From NCBI RefSeq assembly GCF_009914755.1, contig NC_060942.1: a stretch of 64,000 nucleotides of DNA, one strand, 5' to 3'. The notes beneath the pieces are model-generated. The model was given only the letters and a program-made list of their open reading frames with translations, searched no databases and was not told the origin of the DNA. This DNA comes from the human T2T-CHM13v2.0 reference genome, Homo sapiens. Below are positions 1 through 17,482 of this stretch, piece by piece; positions within the stretch are counted from its first letter, which is position 1; every line of letters begins with the position of its first letter. The position numbers and the translations under genes are program-made.

Positions 1-2370
1 ATGGGATGGAGAAGAGTACCCTTCTGATAAGGTTGTGAGGATTTAAAGAGTTAACAGGTGTAAAGAACACAGAGTACCATCACTGGCACATAGTAAGTGC
101 TGTATTTGCTGTTATCAGTTTTATAATATGCTCCTTTGTTCCTCCTGCCCATGCATTAACCATTGACCTCTGAACCATGAACTGCTGGTAGAAGCTGTAC
201 TTTTACAAAAGTCAATAGGGTTAACTGTGGGAGTATTGCCAAAAAGGAAAATCAATATATCCTGATTTTGTGAAAACACAATTTATTTTTCTTAAACCTC
301 GAAACAGGCCATAGTCAGTAAATACATAGCAGCATTTGAAAATCGCTGGGAAATAGGTTTACAGAATGAAGTCAGCTGGAGCATGGCACTGTAAGATGGC
401 TCTATAGTGGCAGGGGAACCTAGAATTGCCCACGTTTTCATCCATTACCTGAATTATGAATAGAAAGCATGACTTAAATTTCCAGTACCCGTGTGTTTGG
501 CATCTTGAAAGATGGGCCAAAATTTTAAAGTAATTTTAATCATTTGAAAAAGTGGTTTGAAATAATGGGAGAGAAGTTTAAAGGAGAGAAAGGTATTTAG
601 GGAGGAATAAGCAACTAGCCTCACTAATTCAAGGTACTCAATGATGGCTCTGGTGTGGCCTGGCAGAATGATTCTCTGGGATTGTTGACAGCTCACACAC
701 AGCCCACTCTGAGGTTTGCTGCGTTTATTATCATGAACCTATCACAAGGCATATGTATGTAAAATGTGAAATGGCAGGAGGCTCTGGGAAAAAAAGTCAT
801 CTTTGTAGCACTTAAGGGCCCTTGTATTTCTCCACATTAGTTAGATGTGACAGTAGACTTCACTACCTAAAGGGTTTGAAGAAATTTTAGAGAGTATAAA
901 AATGGGAAAAGAAAGTGAAATATTACCTATATTATCACAATTCAACAGCAAAAGGCATGTATACTTTTAATCAATTAAAGTATATAAGGTGGTCATTTCA
1001 CAGAAATCCTCCTGTGAATGCTTTGGTGAGTTTAACAACTTCAAATTTACATTTTTAAAGGTCAGTACAAAGCTATAAAAAGCCCAGAGCGCCCAAGCAA
1101 TGGTTTGCTTTAACAAGTAACTTGTCTTTATCACACATGTGAGTTCAAATGTAGGAGGGCAGGACTGATTGTTCACCATTTCTTCTGAGCATTGTATAGG
1201 TAGAAACAACATAAAGCTATAGCTCATGAAAAAAATATTTTGCTAGAACTGCGAGACACTGAAATTGATTACTGAGGAAGATTCAGAATCTGACTGTACA
1301 TATTTTGAGAGAATAGTTGGGCTTAACCTCCATTATATTTTCCCTTTGTCCTTGATCCATTAAACCTGCAGTATGATGTGGCATATATTTTTTAACCTGA
1401 ATTCTCATAAACAGTGGGGTTGCCAATTTATGAGCAGTTATAGTTCTCCCTCTAATGTGTGTCTCAGATATTCGAAACTAAACAAGACTTTCTAAACTTG
1501 CACTTTTGTATAAATTATCAGCCCTCCATAAAAATCCATATAATGGGTCCAGGTTCAGATATCTCAGTGGCTTCTGTCATCAAACTCTTCCCATTCAGCA
1601 GCTGACTATGAGCATCCTAACTGGATCCTTTCTGTCAGCGCCACCCACAACCCCATTGTTATATACATGTTGGTGAGTAGAGAGACTCACTCTGCCTGCC
1701 CCATTCTGCGGCCTGTGTCTTTAACAATCGACTGTGTTTCTGTCATTGCCCTTAGGAGAACAACCTTTAGTCTGACTAGGCACCACTTCCCAGACGTTCC
1801 CTCTGTTGGCCTCTGTTCCCTACTTAGATGCTGGGCTAAAGTTCATTTAGGCTTTTTTTTTGCCATGGCTCTTTTCAAACCCCTTTTTAGCTCTTTTCAG
1901 GGCTCTCTAAATCTCTGGATCTACATTGAAACACTGTAAGGAGCTCCAAATAAAATCCCAGGAGTATTCCAAAGGGAACAGGTTCTTGTACAAAGCTCCA
2001 TGTTTCCTCACGTTTCTTCAGTGTCTTTGATAAACCTCCATTTGGTTCCCTTTTTCCTGACTCTCCCTCTGATGACTTCCCCCTGAACCCCTTTTTAATC
2101 CTTGTTTTGTGTCAATATCCCTTCACTGGCCAACAAGGTCATTTAAAAGTTTGAGGGAGTGCTATGTCTCCCCTGAGGTGCTCCCCACAGGTAATCATGG
2201 GAGAAGTGTGGCCTGTTTTCTGAATCACTGCGACATGACTATCATTCCAACACTGTCACAGTTACTATCACATGCAAAGGTCAGGCGCTCAGCCATCACC
2301 TTGGGCTCAGCTTAAGGAAGCTCATGTTTAAGTAAAACATTCCCATCATCTTAGGAAAAGACAGATTTAA

Positions 2371-2720
<350 letters not shown>

Positions 2721-3102
2721 TATATTATAAGTCTTAGACAAAGATTTAAGAGCTCAAATTGCTTTCTTTAAAGAACATTTCTTAGTTCCATTTATGGTTA
2801 GGGCTGATATTCTGCTGACATTGTTAATTCCATTTGGTGCTAATAGTTCAGTAACATGCTAGTGGCAAATGACATAATGCTTAAACTATGTCTATAATCT
2901 GAGAGGCAGAGATGATAAAAGTTGAGTTTTCTGTGTGTAAACAGTAAGTTACTCATGGGTGATACGGTTCATGTTTACCTAAGTAGAAAGTCTAGGAATG
3001 TAAGGTCTCCTAGCATATATGTAACCAGTATTTTAGTAATAAAGAGAAGCAAGATTAAAGCCCAAATTTTTAATTTCCTTTATAGTCGTAGACTGGACTT
3101 TA

Positions 3103-3240
<138 letters not shown>

Positions 3241-4406
3241 CTAAATGAACATGAGACAACTTTTGAACTTTAAAGAATATGTGACATTGGTACAAGAGTA
3301 TGATCCTCTTTAGACAAGGCCCACAACACAGATGGAGCTGGACTGACATTTACACTTGGAGCCTGCATCCAGGAAACTAGAGCCCACAGCTTTGTCAGGT
3401 GGATCTGAGCCCTCTCACCGAACTCATGTCTCCTGTAAACCCACCTGCCCCTCCCCACTATGCTCATTGGTATACACAATGAGGAGTTTAGAATGCAGTT
3501 GCCTGAAATCCTCAGCCTCATATCTACTAGTAATTTAAAGGTTTCTTCTGAAGAGTACTGGAGATCTTACCTTAGATGAGAAAGGTCTTGTTTAATACCT
3601 AACTACCCCCTGTCCCCCAACATTGTTTACAAATGAGTATTTGAACAGGAGATACTCTTTTGTCTGCCTACCACTGGTTTGGTGGAAGTAGACTGCCCAA
3701 ATGCAATGCCAGCTGCATCTAGAAGGAAACTTACTTTAAGTGAAATGTATTTAAAGAGAAGAAAAATGTTTGAAGACTTTCTGGAAATGTTTACAGAAGG
3801 AAGCAGTTTTTTAAAGAGTTCGATATTTAATATTTTAATAGTAAGCAGAGGAGGTAAGGAAAGGTGTTCACTTTGCTATATTAAGATGTGTTTTTCTGTA
3901 CTGAGTTTGGATTTTGTTATTTATCTTTCAGGGACTGGCAATGTGTCGGCAACTGAATCATGGTTATACATTTTTTAGGGAAAAGGAAAGTAACACTTAA
4001 ATGCCCCTAAGTTCTTAATGACTTCATTTAAAACAATATAAATGAGTGTGAGTGAAAATATGACCATATTGCAATTAGTTTTAAAGAAAAGGTTTTTCTT
4101 ACAGTTATATTTGTAAAGAAAGCAAATACCTGATGCTGCCAATTTCTGAAAATTTGTGGATTTCTATGTAAGAAACATTCCAGAATTCATTATATTTAAA
4201 GAAGTTTTTACCTAAACTTAACGTTTTGTGAGTTTGCTACCTTATCTTTTTAAGTGAGTAAGAGGGATAGAGAGTTACTAGAAAACAGTATCTGTGGCAT
4301 CTTGTTTCACAGACCAAATGGTTTTTGGTTCATCTAGGAATATCCCATCAGCTGCACTTCAAAATTGTCTCATTAGGGGTATATAAAGGGTGGGAGTGCA
4401 ACACTA

Positions 4407-4691
<285 letters not shown>

Positions 4692-5299
4692 CTATGTTAA
4701 GCCGGTCCTCCTAATTCACTGAGAAGGGGACACCTGTTGTGTTTTGCAGGCCCGCTGCAGCTAGTGCCATTATTTATCTCACACGGTTAAAAAGCATGGC
4801 AAGTGCCTTGCACTCAGGAACTATTTGTTGAATAAAGAATGAATAAATGAATGAGTGGGTACTTAAAATCAAGCAAAGATGAAATACCTGAAGTGTCTAC
4901 ATAAGTTAACAGGGAAAAACAGGCATTAAATATACTGAATTGTAAGTATTTATATTTAACATTCACAAATGTATTTATACTTCTATGTGAGCCTTCATGC
5001 CTCTTAACTCATTGAGTTTTCTCTCTGACCTATCTGCTTTGTATTCAGTCTTTAACTTAGAGTATGTCAACATCTTTAAGCTTTGAACTAATTTGTTTAC
5101 CAAGTCAACCATCTCAGTGTTCGACGGATTTCACCAACAGGTAAAAAGGTGATGGATTTGAGTCACAGACTGATGGAGACAAGGACTGTCAATTAGATTT
5201 GGATTTCATTTTTAGAAACAGCAGTCTTGTGTTCTGATTCTAGCTGCAGTCAGTGAGGGCCCACTCTATCTGTGTTGTTGGGGGGTGCTCCTCCCTTAC

Positions 5300-5585
5300 C
5301 TGAGTTGCATGCCTGTGCTCCAAGAGCAGACGTCCTTCCGCAAGAGCAGGTTGTTAAGAGTCACTGCGTTGATCATGTAGAAGAGCTGTTTGAATACCTG
5401 CAGGATGATCTCAGGGTCCAAGCCCTGGTCACACATGACTGTATGAAAGGCATTCATCTGGCGGATGATAGCTTCCAGGCAGTATGAGTTATCCCCATCT
5501 GCCATGCTGGAGGAGCGCTTCCGGTAGCCGGTGGGCTTCACACCAGATAGACCCTGAATGCTCTCATTTTCCAACATGGCAGAAA
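5300..5585 (-). CDS. MYO5B: MYO5B exon 37 (SAMLENE...TGMQL), DIL domain
   Basis: TTTCAG| acceptor, CAG|GTAAGG donor, 286 nt, phase 1-2. Confidence 0.97.
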
Positions 5586-5944
5586 CTGAAATAAAAGCAC
5601 AGTTAGAGAAGCTTGCATTCCCCACTAACAATGCAAAGATTGGACCACTCAAATCATTTAGTGCTCCGGGCTTTAGCAATGATACCATCCAGAGGTGTGC
5701 AATGTTGACATGCTTAGGAACTTATAACATTTGGCAAAAAATTTCTAATGTGTTGATTTCTGTATGGAATAAAACAGCTGTGGACAGCATTTTCATTTAA
5801 TTTACTGGCAATTAGACAAAGATGATGGGCATGTACCAGCTCGATTTGGTATCGCCTGTGCTGAAGTCCACAGTTTGAGAATTGAGCAACCTGGGTGTCA
5901 TCCTCGTCCAGCCACTGACTATGTAAATAAGAGCTTCATTGGTC

Positions 5945-6170
5945 CGTCATACTTACTAAGCAGCCATTACCTATGCACCAGGGGCTTTATGTTCAGTATC
6001 TCTTTCAATCTTCCAACAACTCTATAAAGTACTACCCATTTTTATGAGGAAGTTGAGGTATAAAGCGGTTAAATAACTTGTCTGAGGTCACACTGATAGG
6101 GAGTGGCAGGGCCAGGATTTAAACCCAAGTCTGTCTGACTCCAGAACTGCTGCTATTAACCTTCACATTA
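5945..6170 (-). mobile_element. MIR
   Basis: ccatttttatgaggaagttgaggt...ggttaaataacttgtctgaggtcacac...gatttaaacccaagtctgtctgactcca. Confidence 0.75.
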
Positions 6171-6879
6171 TTCTGAGTATCTCCAGCTTGATATGTCAGT
6201 TCTCCCTCTGTCTGGTGCCTTATAAAAAGATTTCCAGACAGGAAGGAGGGTTTGGAATGAACCTCATTTCAAGTAATGTATTTCTAGATTGGTCCTTCTT
6301 GGGATTCACTCATAACCTACTTGTGTTGTAAGAACCTGGGGAAAGCATTATGAATAGGTCCAGGTACACTTTCCTTCCCAGCCTTTGCAGAGCACAGTGA
6401 GTAATGCATCTACACATCATTTTTCTTCCGATTGAAAATGTAACTGCTCTCATTTCTCAATTCTGATTTCATGTTCAGTGCCCAAGTACACTGCTTGGTT
6501 CAAAGCAAGTGTCTAATAAATACTGATGCATCGTGCCGACTGCTGTGTCCTTTCGCATGAACACTCCTGCTTTTTTCCATGAATCAAGTTCATAATAGGT
6601 TAAGAGGGTTATGCTTTTTCACTGTATATGCATTTGTACCTTTTGAGTTTACATTTATTATGTATTAAAATTTGGGAAAAAATACAACATATTACAGAAA
6701 AAGAGATAAAGGGAAAGTCATCTATGCCTCTTGCACTGTGTCAAATACTTTCACAGCTTTTTAAGCATGATGTGCACACCTCAGTTCTGCCTTCACTGGA
6801 AGGTTCTGGCTTTCTGGAGGTCATGGCTAAGATATCTGGTTCCCGAAAGGCAGAGGGTGCTGACCACGCCTTCCCCTCA

Positions 6880-7098
<219 letters not shown>

Positions 7099-8880
7099 CT
7101 ACTGAGTTCTCTGGTCTGCTGGGCCCAGCACAACTTCCAGGGCTCTGGTAACTTTAGTCATCTATTTGGTGGGCAGGGGGCCTACTCAGGCCCTCCCTAT
7201 GTAGATGATGTTTTACAAAAGCCTGTCAGTTCTTTGAGGCCTCATTGATGACCCTTGAACTTGAAGGATGTAGAAAAACTCAACATGAGAGAGAAAGCCT
7301 GAATCGCTCAGTCCAAATCCCTGAGGCGAAGTGATTTCCCTACGGTAGCAAAACCTAGGTTGGTACCAGGTCCAGAGAAAGGGATCCCTGCTTTTTCCCT
7401 TCATCCAGCGCTTTCCTCAATATATCAGGTCCCCCTAAAATGTTAGATGATGTGCAGCCTCTAAAGGAGTGTGGCCATGGGCCAGATTATACGCTTGTAT
7501 GAGGAGAAATTTTATACAGATTCTATCACTCGTTATCAGAATTAATAGATGAACTAAAGTGATTTCATAGCTACCGCACTGTGTCCTCTTAGCTTTCTGT
7601 ATTAATCAGATGAAATCACATGTAAGTTAAGGGAACTGCTGATATCAGAAGGGCTCATGTGACCAATGTCCTTTTCATTCAGGCCTAGGGAAACCAGTAT
7701 CTGCCAAAAAGATTAGTGCTCCCAAAAGGGCAACCATCTTCAGCAAGGCCTGTTGTACTGTGTCAAATACAAAGCCATCTTAATATGAAAAAAAGCAGGC
7801 AGAAAAGGGGATAATTGTAATGATGAAGATAGAGTCAATCATTCTTCCTTGTTATTTGGACTACACGGATCTGGTCATGCTGTGGTTCAGCTCTTGACCC
7901 AGAGAATATGAGCACATGTAACCACAACCTAATGTAATGGAGTTCTAGGTCCTGCCCTAGCCTTATATAACCTCCCATTTAGAATGTGTATAACATTGGG
8001 TAAAGTGATGGACCTCAATGAAATAACATTACATGTAGTTCTATGCTTCAAGTAAATGCTTGGATATTATGATTTTGTAACAGAAGTCATGGGGTTTGAA
8101 ATGGCTATTTCTTTAACCTTTGGCCCATCTCTTTTATAATAAAAGCAGGCCATCAAATGAAGTGCTGGTTCTTAGGAGAGAGATGGCGTCAAGCCAACTG
8201 CAAAGAAGGTAAGACTGAAAGGAAGGGCATATCCTTTTACTAACCCAGGGAGAAGAGTCTGTCAAAATTGGTTCTGGCACAAAAGATGGAATAAAGCTTT
8301 AAAAATGGTCGCACTATTTTGGTTTACACTATGTCTTGACCTTGGGAAGGGTGGATGGTGAGATATGTGAAAGGAAGGGGAAGAAAAGTTGGAAGACCTA
8401 CAGGAACCTGTGAGCGGGCATATCTGGAACAAGCTGGGATTCTCACCAGAGAAACTAGAATGGAAACAAGCCACATATTACTAGGTCATTGGGCAGAGTG
8501 CAGAGCATGGGAGAAGTTCTTTCAGGGACCAAAGCTAGGAATGTGAGTTCCAGAAAAAGCTGGGCCTTACAGGTCCGGTGTGGATTGTGAAGTGATGGGG
8601 TTAGTAGTTGGGCCTCAGGTCAAGGAATCCAATTTGGATAAATGCATGGAGCTGGGCCTCCAGGTCAGTTTGCACACACGTAGTTCTGATTATGGTGTGC
8701 CTCTGTTCTTGTGGCCATCTTTGTCTATCTTGAAATGGACAGATTAATCAGTTGGCTTAGGAGACAGGGTGACCCACTAGGCAACTGAGCTCCCTGCCAG
8801 TATCCACTGCAGTGGGGCTTCTAGAGCTGATACAGAAATGTCAGGTTACAAGAGTTTCATGGAGACTCCCAGGGCCTCTA

Positions 8881-9330
<450 letters not shown>

Positions 9331-10921
9331 CTAGTGTTCCTGAGCAGCCCTGAGGCTGGGCAGGGCACTTGCCAGTCACGGGGTTGAGACCCATTGCTGA
9401 GAGGCTGTGTGAGTGTTCCTCTACCACCAGGGATGGTGCACAGAACCCCCACCTTGGTCTCCTGATCAGTGGTGCACATACAGGGACACACATAAAGGAC
9501 AGGCTGCCTTCCATGGCTGAAGAATGAATGCAAAGCTGAGTGACAGATGAGGCTCTGCCCCAACAGCCCCGGGCTCTCGTCTAACCGCCTGGGCTAGCTG
9601 GCTCTGTTTCTGAACTGCCAGTTATCCAACACAAGGGATGCTGAAGAGCATAACAGCAAAATAGTTTGGTGTCCCATTTATCTAGATGTCAGATGCATCA
9701 TGGCTTTAACTCTCTAGAAAATGGCTACAAACCCTAACTAGGTGAAAAAGCCTGCTCAGCAACCCAAACAGCTATGAGACAGCTGCTGCATTAAAGCTGA
9801 TGACTTCACGCAGCTCATTCTGTCAAGTAAGCGTTATCATTATTTAAATGACAGAGTGGTATGAGGTACGACCAAAAGAAAAAAAAAAAAAAAGAAATGA
9901 GGTTGAATAGAAAGTGACTGCTGGGGCTGGGACATGCTATTTTAGCTCAGAATTAGGGAAGGCTTTCCTAAGGAAGTGACATTTGTGTCAGCCCTAAATT
10001 GGCCTAGACTGGCCGAAGATTCCAGCTGGATGGTGCTCACGAAAGAGGATCAAGGCTGGAGACACAAATCTGAGAGCCACGAGCATGCAGATATGTTTTA
10101 GAGCCGTGAGTGGATAAAATTGCCTGTGGAGGGCAATGCAGCTACTGAGGGCAGGAAACCAGACTTAAAGGCTGGCTCTGGAATTCTGAGCAGCAACCAG
10201 CAGCTCAGTGGACTCCAGAATTGGTTTGGACTCAGAGCTTTTGAGAATGGCTTGTATCCTGGAAGCAGTAATGTGTAAGAACTAAAGATGGTCTCTAAGA
10301 GCAATAATACTCGGGGCACAGGCCTGCTAGCAGGTAGAAATCCCTCTCACTGAGGGTTCATCTCCCTCAAGAATCTCACCTCCCCCACTGCCTGGCCCTC
10401 ATCCATGTGTGGACAGGCCTCACCCTCCCTGCAGGCCAGCCTGTTTCTGCAGTGGCTGCACTACATTCAAGAAGAGCCTTGTGCCTTCAGGTGGCATTCC
10501 CGAGCACCTTTAACACCATGCGGCAAGCCCTGTCCTGGCCCAGGTTGCCTCACCTTGGGAGGTGATGGAATGTCACAGCCCTCCCTGTGTTACCCCCCAG
10601 GGAAGCAAGCACCCGGCCCCTTGGAAAGGTGGAGAGGGCCCATGTTTCAGGGGTGTCCCTGAACTTGCTCCAGGGTGAGGCCCACACACCCTTGGCTGCA
10701 GCAGGATGTCTCCCTAGCACCTCTGGCAGTGGGCAGGCCAAGGCTTCTGTAAGCACTGGGCATGTCTGGAGGCTCAGCAGGGAGGAGCTGGAGGGCTACC
10801 TACACCAGAGTCCTCGGCTTTCTGCCATTGCTGGGCCTGAGCATCCTTCTCTGGGAACTGCCAGGCATCCTGGTTATATGGATGCTTCTGTGGCTCATTT
10901 ACCTTCAAAGTTGGAGCCCTA

Positions 10922-11233
<312 letters not shown>

Positions 11234-14004
11234 TCAGAATCCTCATCTGAATAGACGTGTTTTCAATATTTCCCCATAGCTCATCTAGGAATAGATGTCT
11301 CAAAGAGGATTGGGAGAGAAGCCACCCAGGGTACCCAAACTCCCGAGCATGCCTACCAGTAGTTTCAGACACTGTGGTTAAAAACACAAACAAACAAAAC
11401 CACATTCCTAATTGTCTGCACTATAACCCTGAAACAGGCTTCTAATGCCTCAGCCTAACAATATGGAGGAAAAGTGCCTGCAAGTTACACAGATGCCTCA
11501 GTCCGCAGCCAACAGGGGCCCATGGCAAGTGGAAGGCTGAGGACAGGGCCTAGCTCCCACATGGGGGCAGGAACTCCTGATTCGTGGGCACCACCACTTC
11601 CAGAAGGCAAGGGCTGGCTCCAGAATTAGACAAATTGTATGTGCCCAAAGACAGGGCCAGCCTGCTGAGGGCTAGGGAGGTTGGAACAATCTCTGGCCCA
11701 TCAGTTCAGGAACAAATTACCCAGCCGTGCTTGCCCAGCTTCACAGCCAAATAGATCAGGCAGGCCCCCCTTCCCCACCCCGGTGCTGCTGCTTGGCATG
11801 CATCTCTCCAGCGGCTCTCTTACTTCCCCCAACTGCTCTCCTCTGTATCCCACACTCCTGTCCCTGCCTGGGCAAGGGCTGCTCTGGCTGGACTGGAAGG
11901 GCCTTGTGAGTCTCCCCATTAACTGCAGACTCAGCCCTTTGGCCCTTTCTTGCAAAAGGCCCTGGAGGGACAGGAAGCAGCTGTCAGACCATTTTCTATT
12001 CCAGACCATGCCAGCTGAGCCAGACTTAAGGCAACAGGTGGTGGTAGAAGGCCAGAGAACTAGGGGGAAAGGCCTGGTGCAAAGGCAAGATGACAGGTGA
12101 GAATGGGGCAGGAGCACAAGGCCCCAGGGGTCTCACCATAGCTCTGCACTGTATCTCCAGCCCTTGTTCTTTACACTCATACCCTCCCAAACGAGGCCTC
12201 ATGAGCCACCTGTAGGCTCAGAATGGCAATGAAGGGAGGCCACCTCCCTCCCACCTGCAGGTGGGCAGTATCCTTGCAAACCTTCTACCAGGCTGGTCCT
12301 GGGCTGGGCTCTGCTGCCAGCAGCTCCAGTTGGTACTTGGGTTACACTGTCCCTGCTCCAACGCATCCTTCTAGTTAAATGATAACTGTAGGCCATAATA
12401 CTCTTGAGTACATGGTTGACATTTGGGCATTTTATAGGTCCAGCAGATGGCTGTGGATTGGCCATTGGCTCTAGTTAGAATGCCAGTCATTTATCCAGGA
12501 AAATGTATTTTGTAGGCCCAGACTTCCAATCCATAACTTCTTACTTCAAACCTGATCCATGTGCAGATTGCAAACAACTTGTCCTGTCTTGGAATGTTCT
12601 ATTGTGATTAAATAAAGCTTGTTTGGGTGCCCCAGCTAAATGTTAGCATCTTGGGGAAGAGACGATGACACTAGTTTTATTTCTCCTCCACAGCAACTGG
12701 CCAGTGCCAGGTACCTAAGAGGTAGGTGGTCGGCAGTCAAGTTTTGGCATTTGTTTGGATGGGGTCTTTTGGAGGGAAGATGACTGCAGGATTTTCCTAG
12801 GTAGCTCAGCAGGAGATGACCTTTCCTGGGGCCACCTGAGCAAGGGTCATCTCATGCTGATGGCAGGGTTTTCTCTGTAAAAACCCTGGCAAATGGCAGG
12901 AGGGAGCCACCTGTCTGACACAAGCAGCCTTATTTATTGAAAGTTTCATTCACCAGAGATGAAAGGTTTGTTCCTAATTGCATTTGAACAAGATGCAGTC
13001 TGTTTAAGGAAGTTTAAGATAAACTTACACCACATTTAATTAATTGCTGGACAACTGTAGGGGAGATTAAGCTTTTTAAAAGAGCAAAATACATCTAAGA
13101 AGCAGGCTACTAAAAACACACAAACCAAACAGCTGGAGCAAATCTGTTTAAGGCAGATGTCACAATCTGTTCTTCCTGGGTCCCTCGGCCCTAGGCACAG
13201 TGCTCAGCAGAGTCGGACTTCAGTCTTACATAAGTTTCTCTAAAATAATGCTTGCCTTGCCTCTTATTTGAACTTCAAATATTCCTGCAAAAGCTACCAC
13301 TCCTTCGAAAGCCTCACATTTGAGAAGGGTTTTGCAGTTTTAACACAGCATTTCGCCTTTGTCACACTTCACATCATGGGGCAGGCAGGTCAGTGTCATC
13401 ATCCCATTTCACTAAGGTGCCATAAAGAAGGGAGCTGCTGGCTCAGGGTCCAGAGGATCAGACCACCAAAGATTTCTCCTCTTTCCCACAGGACTCTCTC
13501 CTCTAAGACTCTTCCTGGCTCTGCAGGGCGATGCTGGACTGGGTTGGTACAGAGCAGGGAGGTGGCCTGTTGCAGTGGCCTGTGGCAGATGGGGCACAAG
13601 ACTGGAGGGGAGGGAGCTGGTACGACTGGCAAAGCAGCACTGGGCACAAACCTGAGCAAGCTGCACAGGTCACACAGACTCCCTCCTGGCCCTTGCTGAG
13701 CAGCCAAGAGGGACTCGGAGGGGTGGCGGGGGCTCCTCTTTTCACAGAGAAAACCCTGCCCTCTTGGCAGCTAGTGTGGAAGGTCTTTCAGTCCTAGGAG
13801 CCCAGCTGGGGAAGGAATTCTGAGCAGTGGTTCTCACAGCTGCCTGGTGGCCCCAGGGAGCACATGGGGGTGGGAGGCTGGCAGGCCAGCCCTGATTCAG
13901 CCACATGCCTGGATAAGAAACTGCAGATGATCGCAGGGACAGTAAAAGCCAACCCTGATGAACTTTGACAGTGGGACCAGGGTGATCCCAGACAGACTGC
14001 AGAA

Positions 14005-14180
14005 GCTCAGCATTCCTCACTTCAATGAGCCTGTGAATGTCACCTGGCATCTTGTTATGTGCCTTGCAATTGAGGAGGCCTGGCACGGAGCCCGAGACTC
14101 TGCATCTCTCACCCCTTCCCAGGGGTGATACTGACGCTGATGCTGATGCTGCTGGTCCAGGGACCATGTATGAGCAACGA
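14005..14180. mobile_element. MER5-family fragment
   Basis: gagactctgcatctct...gatgctgctggtccagggacca. Confidence 0.55.
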
Positions 14181-14374
14181 AATACGAACTTTCATTCTCA
14201 CAACTCCATGCCAGCGGCATGATCCCCTTTCCTGTGCTCTACACAAGAACACTGGTGAGTAGCACAGCCACGGCCATGTGCGGCTAGTTAGGAAAGAAGC
14301 CAGGTCTGAACACAGCCCATGTGATTCCAGAGACCACACCCACATGTGCTGTACCACACAGCACTTTAAACTGT

Positions 14375-15298
<924 letters not shown>

Positions 15299-16015
15299 TC
15301 AGCATCCAGCACTGGGGTCCACACTCTGGATAGGGGAGAGGAAACATCCGAAAAGACAGCAGGCAGGTTTCAGACCAGAGAAAACTTGTGAAGGATGACA
15401 GCCAGCATGGTCTCTCACCGCTCCTGCATAGCTGCTTCTCTTTCCCTACTGACTTCTAAGGAAAGGAGATACCGTTTTTCTGGGAAGTGCTTGGCCTCGG
15501 CCTGGCCCACTACACTCAGTTCCCTGTGTGTGGCCACAACGTGGCCATCGTGACACAGCCGCAGGGCAAACCCAGGTGTTCAGGGCAAGGCCTGGACACT
15601 GTCTGTGACCTGTGGGTGGTGGATCAGGGTGGTGATGGTGATAGTAAGGACACGTCCTCAGCCACTAAATGCAGGTTCAGGTTTAGGAAGCTGCCAAGTG
15701 CAGTCTTTGCAACTACATAAGATGATGACTATTTGGGAAGAGTTTCAGTGGCAGGGTTGAAGGTATAAAGGCCTGGTCAACCCTCACTCAGGCCTCTCCT
15801 CAGCCTCACACCATGGTAGAGGGACAGTGGACAACCACAGCGTCACTCCCAAACACATCTCAGTGCTGACTGCACACGGGACGCTGTCCTAAGCATGGGA
15901 ACAGATACAATGGCATGCTTAATCTGTCCCTGGCCAGTCGAACTAAGGAGACACATCTGTACATTCACATGGAAACACTATGACACAGCTCAGTCAGGCA
16001 CCAAGCCAGGAGTGT

Positions 16016-16153
16016 GTGATGTGGGTGCTGGTGGTGATGGGCTGGAAGGACCCCACGGAGGAGGTGGGATGAAGGGTGGGTGCTGGTGATGTGGGTGCTG
16101 ATGGTGGTGGGGCTGGAAGGACCCCACGGAAGAGGTGGGATGAAGGGCGGGTG
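16016..16153. repeat. ~70-bp tandem duplication (2 copies)
   Basis: gtgatgtgggtgctg...gggctggaaggaccccacgga.gaggtgggatgaaggg.gggtg repeated. Confidence 0.88.
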
Positions 16154-17344
16154 GGACTCTTACATCCAGGTTCAAAGGAGCTGATCCACTGGGAAAGGAC
16201 CAATGGAAGAGGACCAGGACGAGTGACACCCAGGGAAGGGTGCTCCATGAACTCCTAGTGGCTGAAGGGAGGCTCTGAGTGGAGGTGGGGGAGAGTGTGA
16301 GAGGATGAAGGCTGGCAGACTAGGGCTGGGATTTCATTCTGCAGGCAATAAGGCAAAGGCAAAGGCAAAGGCCAGACAGTGCTGTGAAAAAACAGGACTG
16401 GGAAGCTACTAAGCAATCTGGGAACAGGGGACAAGAACTGGACACAAGGGTAGGGGCAGACACAGAGAAACATCAGAAAAGAGGGAGTGATAGGTCTTTA
16501 GGAGTAAGCAAAGCTTGAAGCCAAGAGACTAGGAGAATGAGAAACTGGAGGAATAGCAAATCCAAAGTTGGTGGGCACATGGGCAGATATGAAGAGAAGT
16601 GTCCCCCTGGATAGAGATCACAGACATCCCTGCCCTCTAAGACCTTCCAGTCTAGAGGAGCAGGAGATTAAACAGGTAAAATGACAACTGTGATCAGGGT
16701 TGTGCCCAACACACAAGTGGGGTCAGGACTGTCTAAGACGAGACTCAAGCCCTGAGCATGTGGCTCCTGAGCTGAGGGTGGAAGGATGTGGAGGGGTATC
16801 CAAGCAGTGAGGGGCTGAAAGAGGGTTCCAAGCAGGGTGACATATGTAAAGAGTGACACAGTGAGATTTGCAGCAGGGAGTCAGAGGGAGAGAACATTCT
16901 AGGTCTTTCTGGAAGAGTGATTTAAATCTCTACCTGAAGATCCCAGATTGGAAGTTTAATCCTGACACTCCATAGCATGGAGTGAGGACCTTGGGGTTTA
17001 GGTCTTTGTGTTACACAGCATTCTTTCACATCAATCTTGCCTCCCAACTTCAAGCCGTTTGAGGGCAGGGACCACCAGGTCACCTCTGGGTTCCCCATTC
17101 CTCTAGCCCTGCAGAGCCTTGCTCAGAGTAAGCACCCAAACTGGCTGAATTCAAGTGTCTTTTGTCCATATTCTGGCAACTGCAGATGGGTAAGCTCATG
17201 GGATCCAACTTCTATCGCCTGGCTGGACTGGGCAGAGCCACCAAGAAATCAGTGATGTAGGAAGAATGTGCAGAGGGCAGGCAGACAGCTCACACCCACA
17301 GGCGTGGCCAAGTATACCTGTGATTCACAAAACACACTCACTCA

Positions 17345-17482
<138 letters not shown>

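Noticed and set aside
3560-3935. Splice-like motifs on both strands in intron 38 (e.g. a possible 46-nt minus-strand exon at 3735-3780)
   Set aside because: AT-rich DNA gives chance matches; the candidate exon breaks the frame, and the known protein is complete without it.
12250-12265. Perfect 16-bp palindrome CCCACCTGCAGGTGGG with back-to-back E-boxes
   Set aside because: About one such palindrome is expected by chance in 64 kb; no supporting context.
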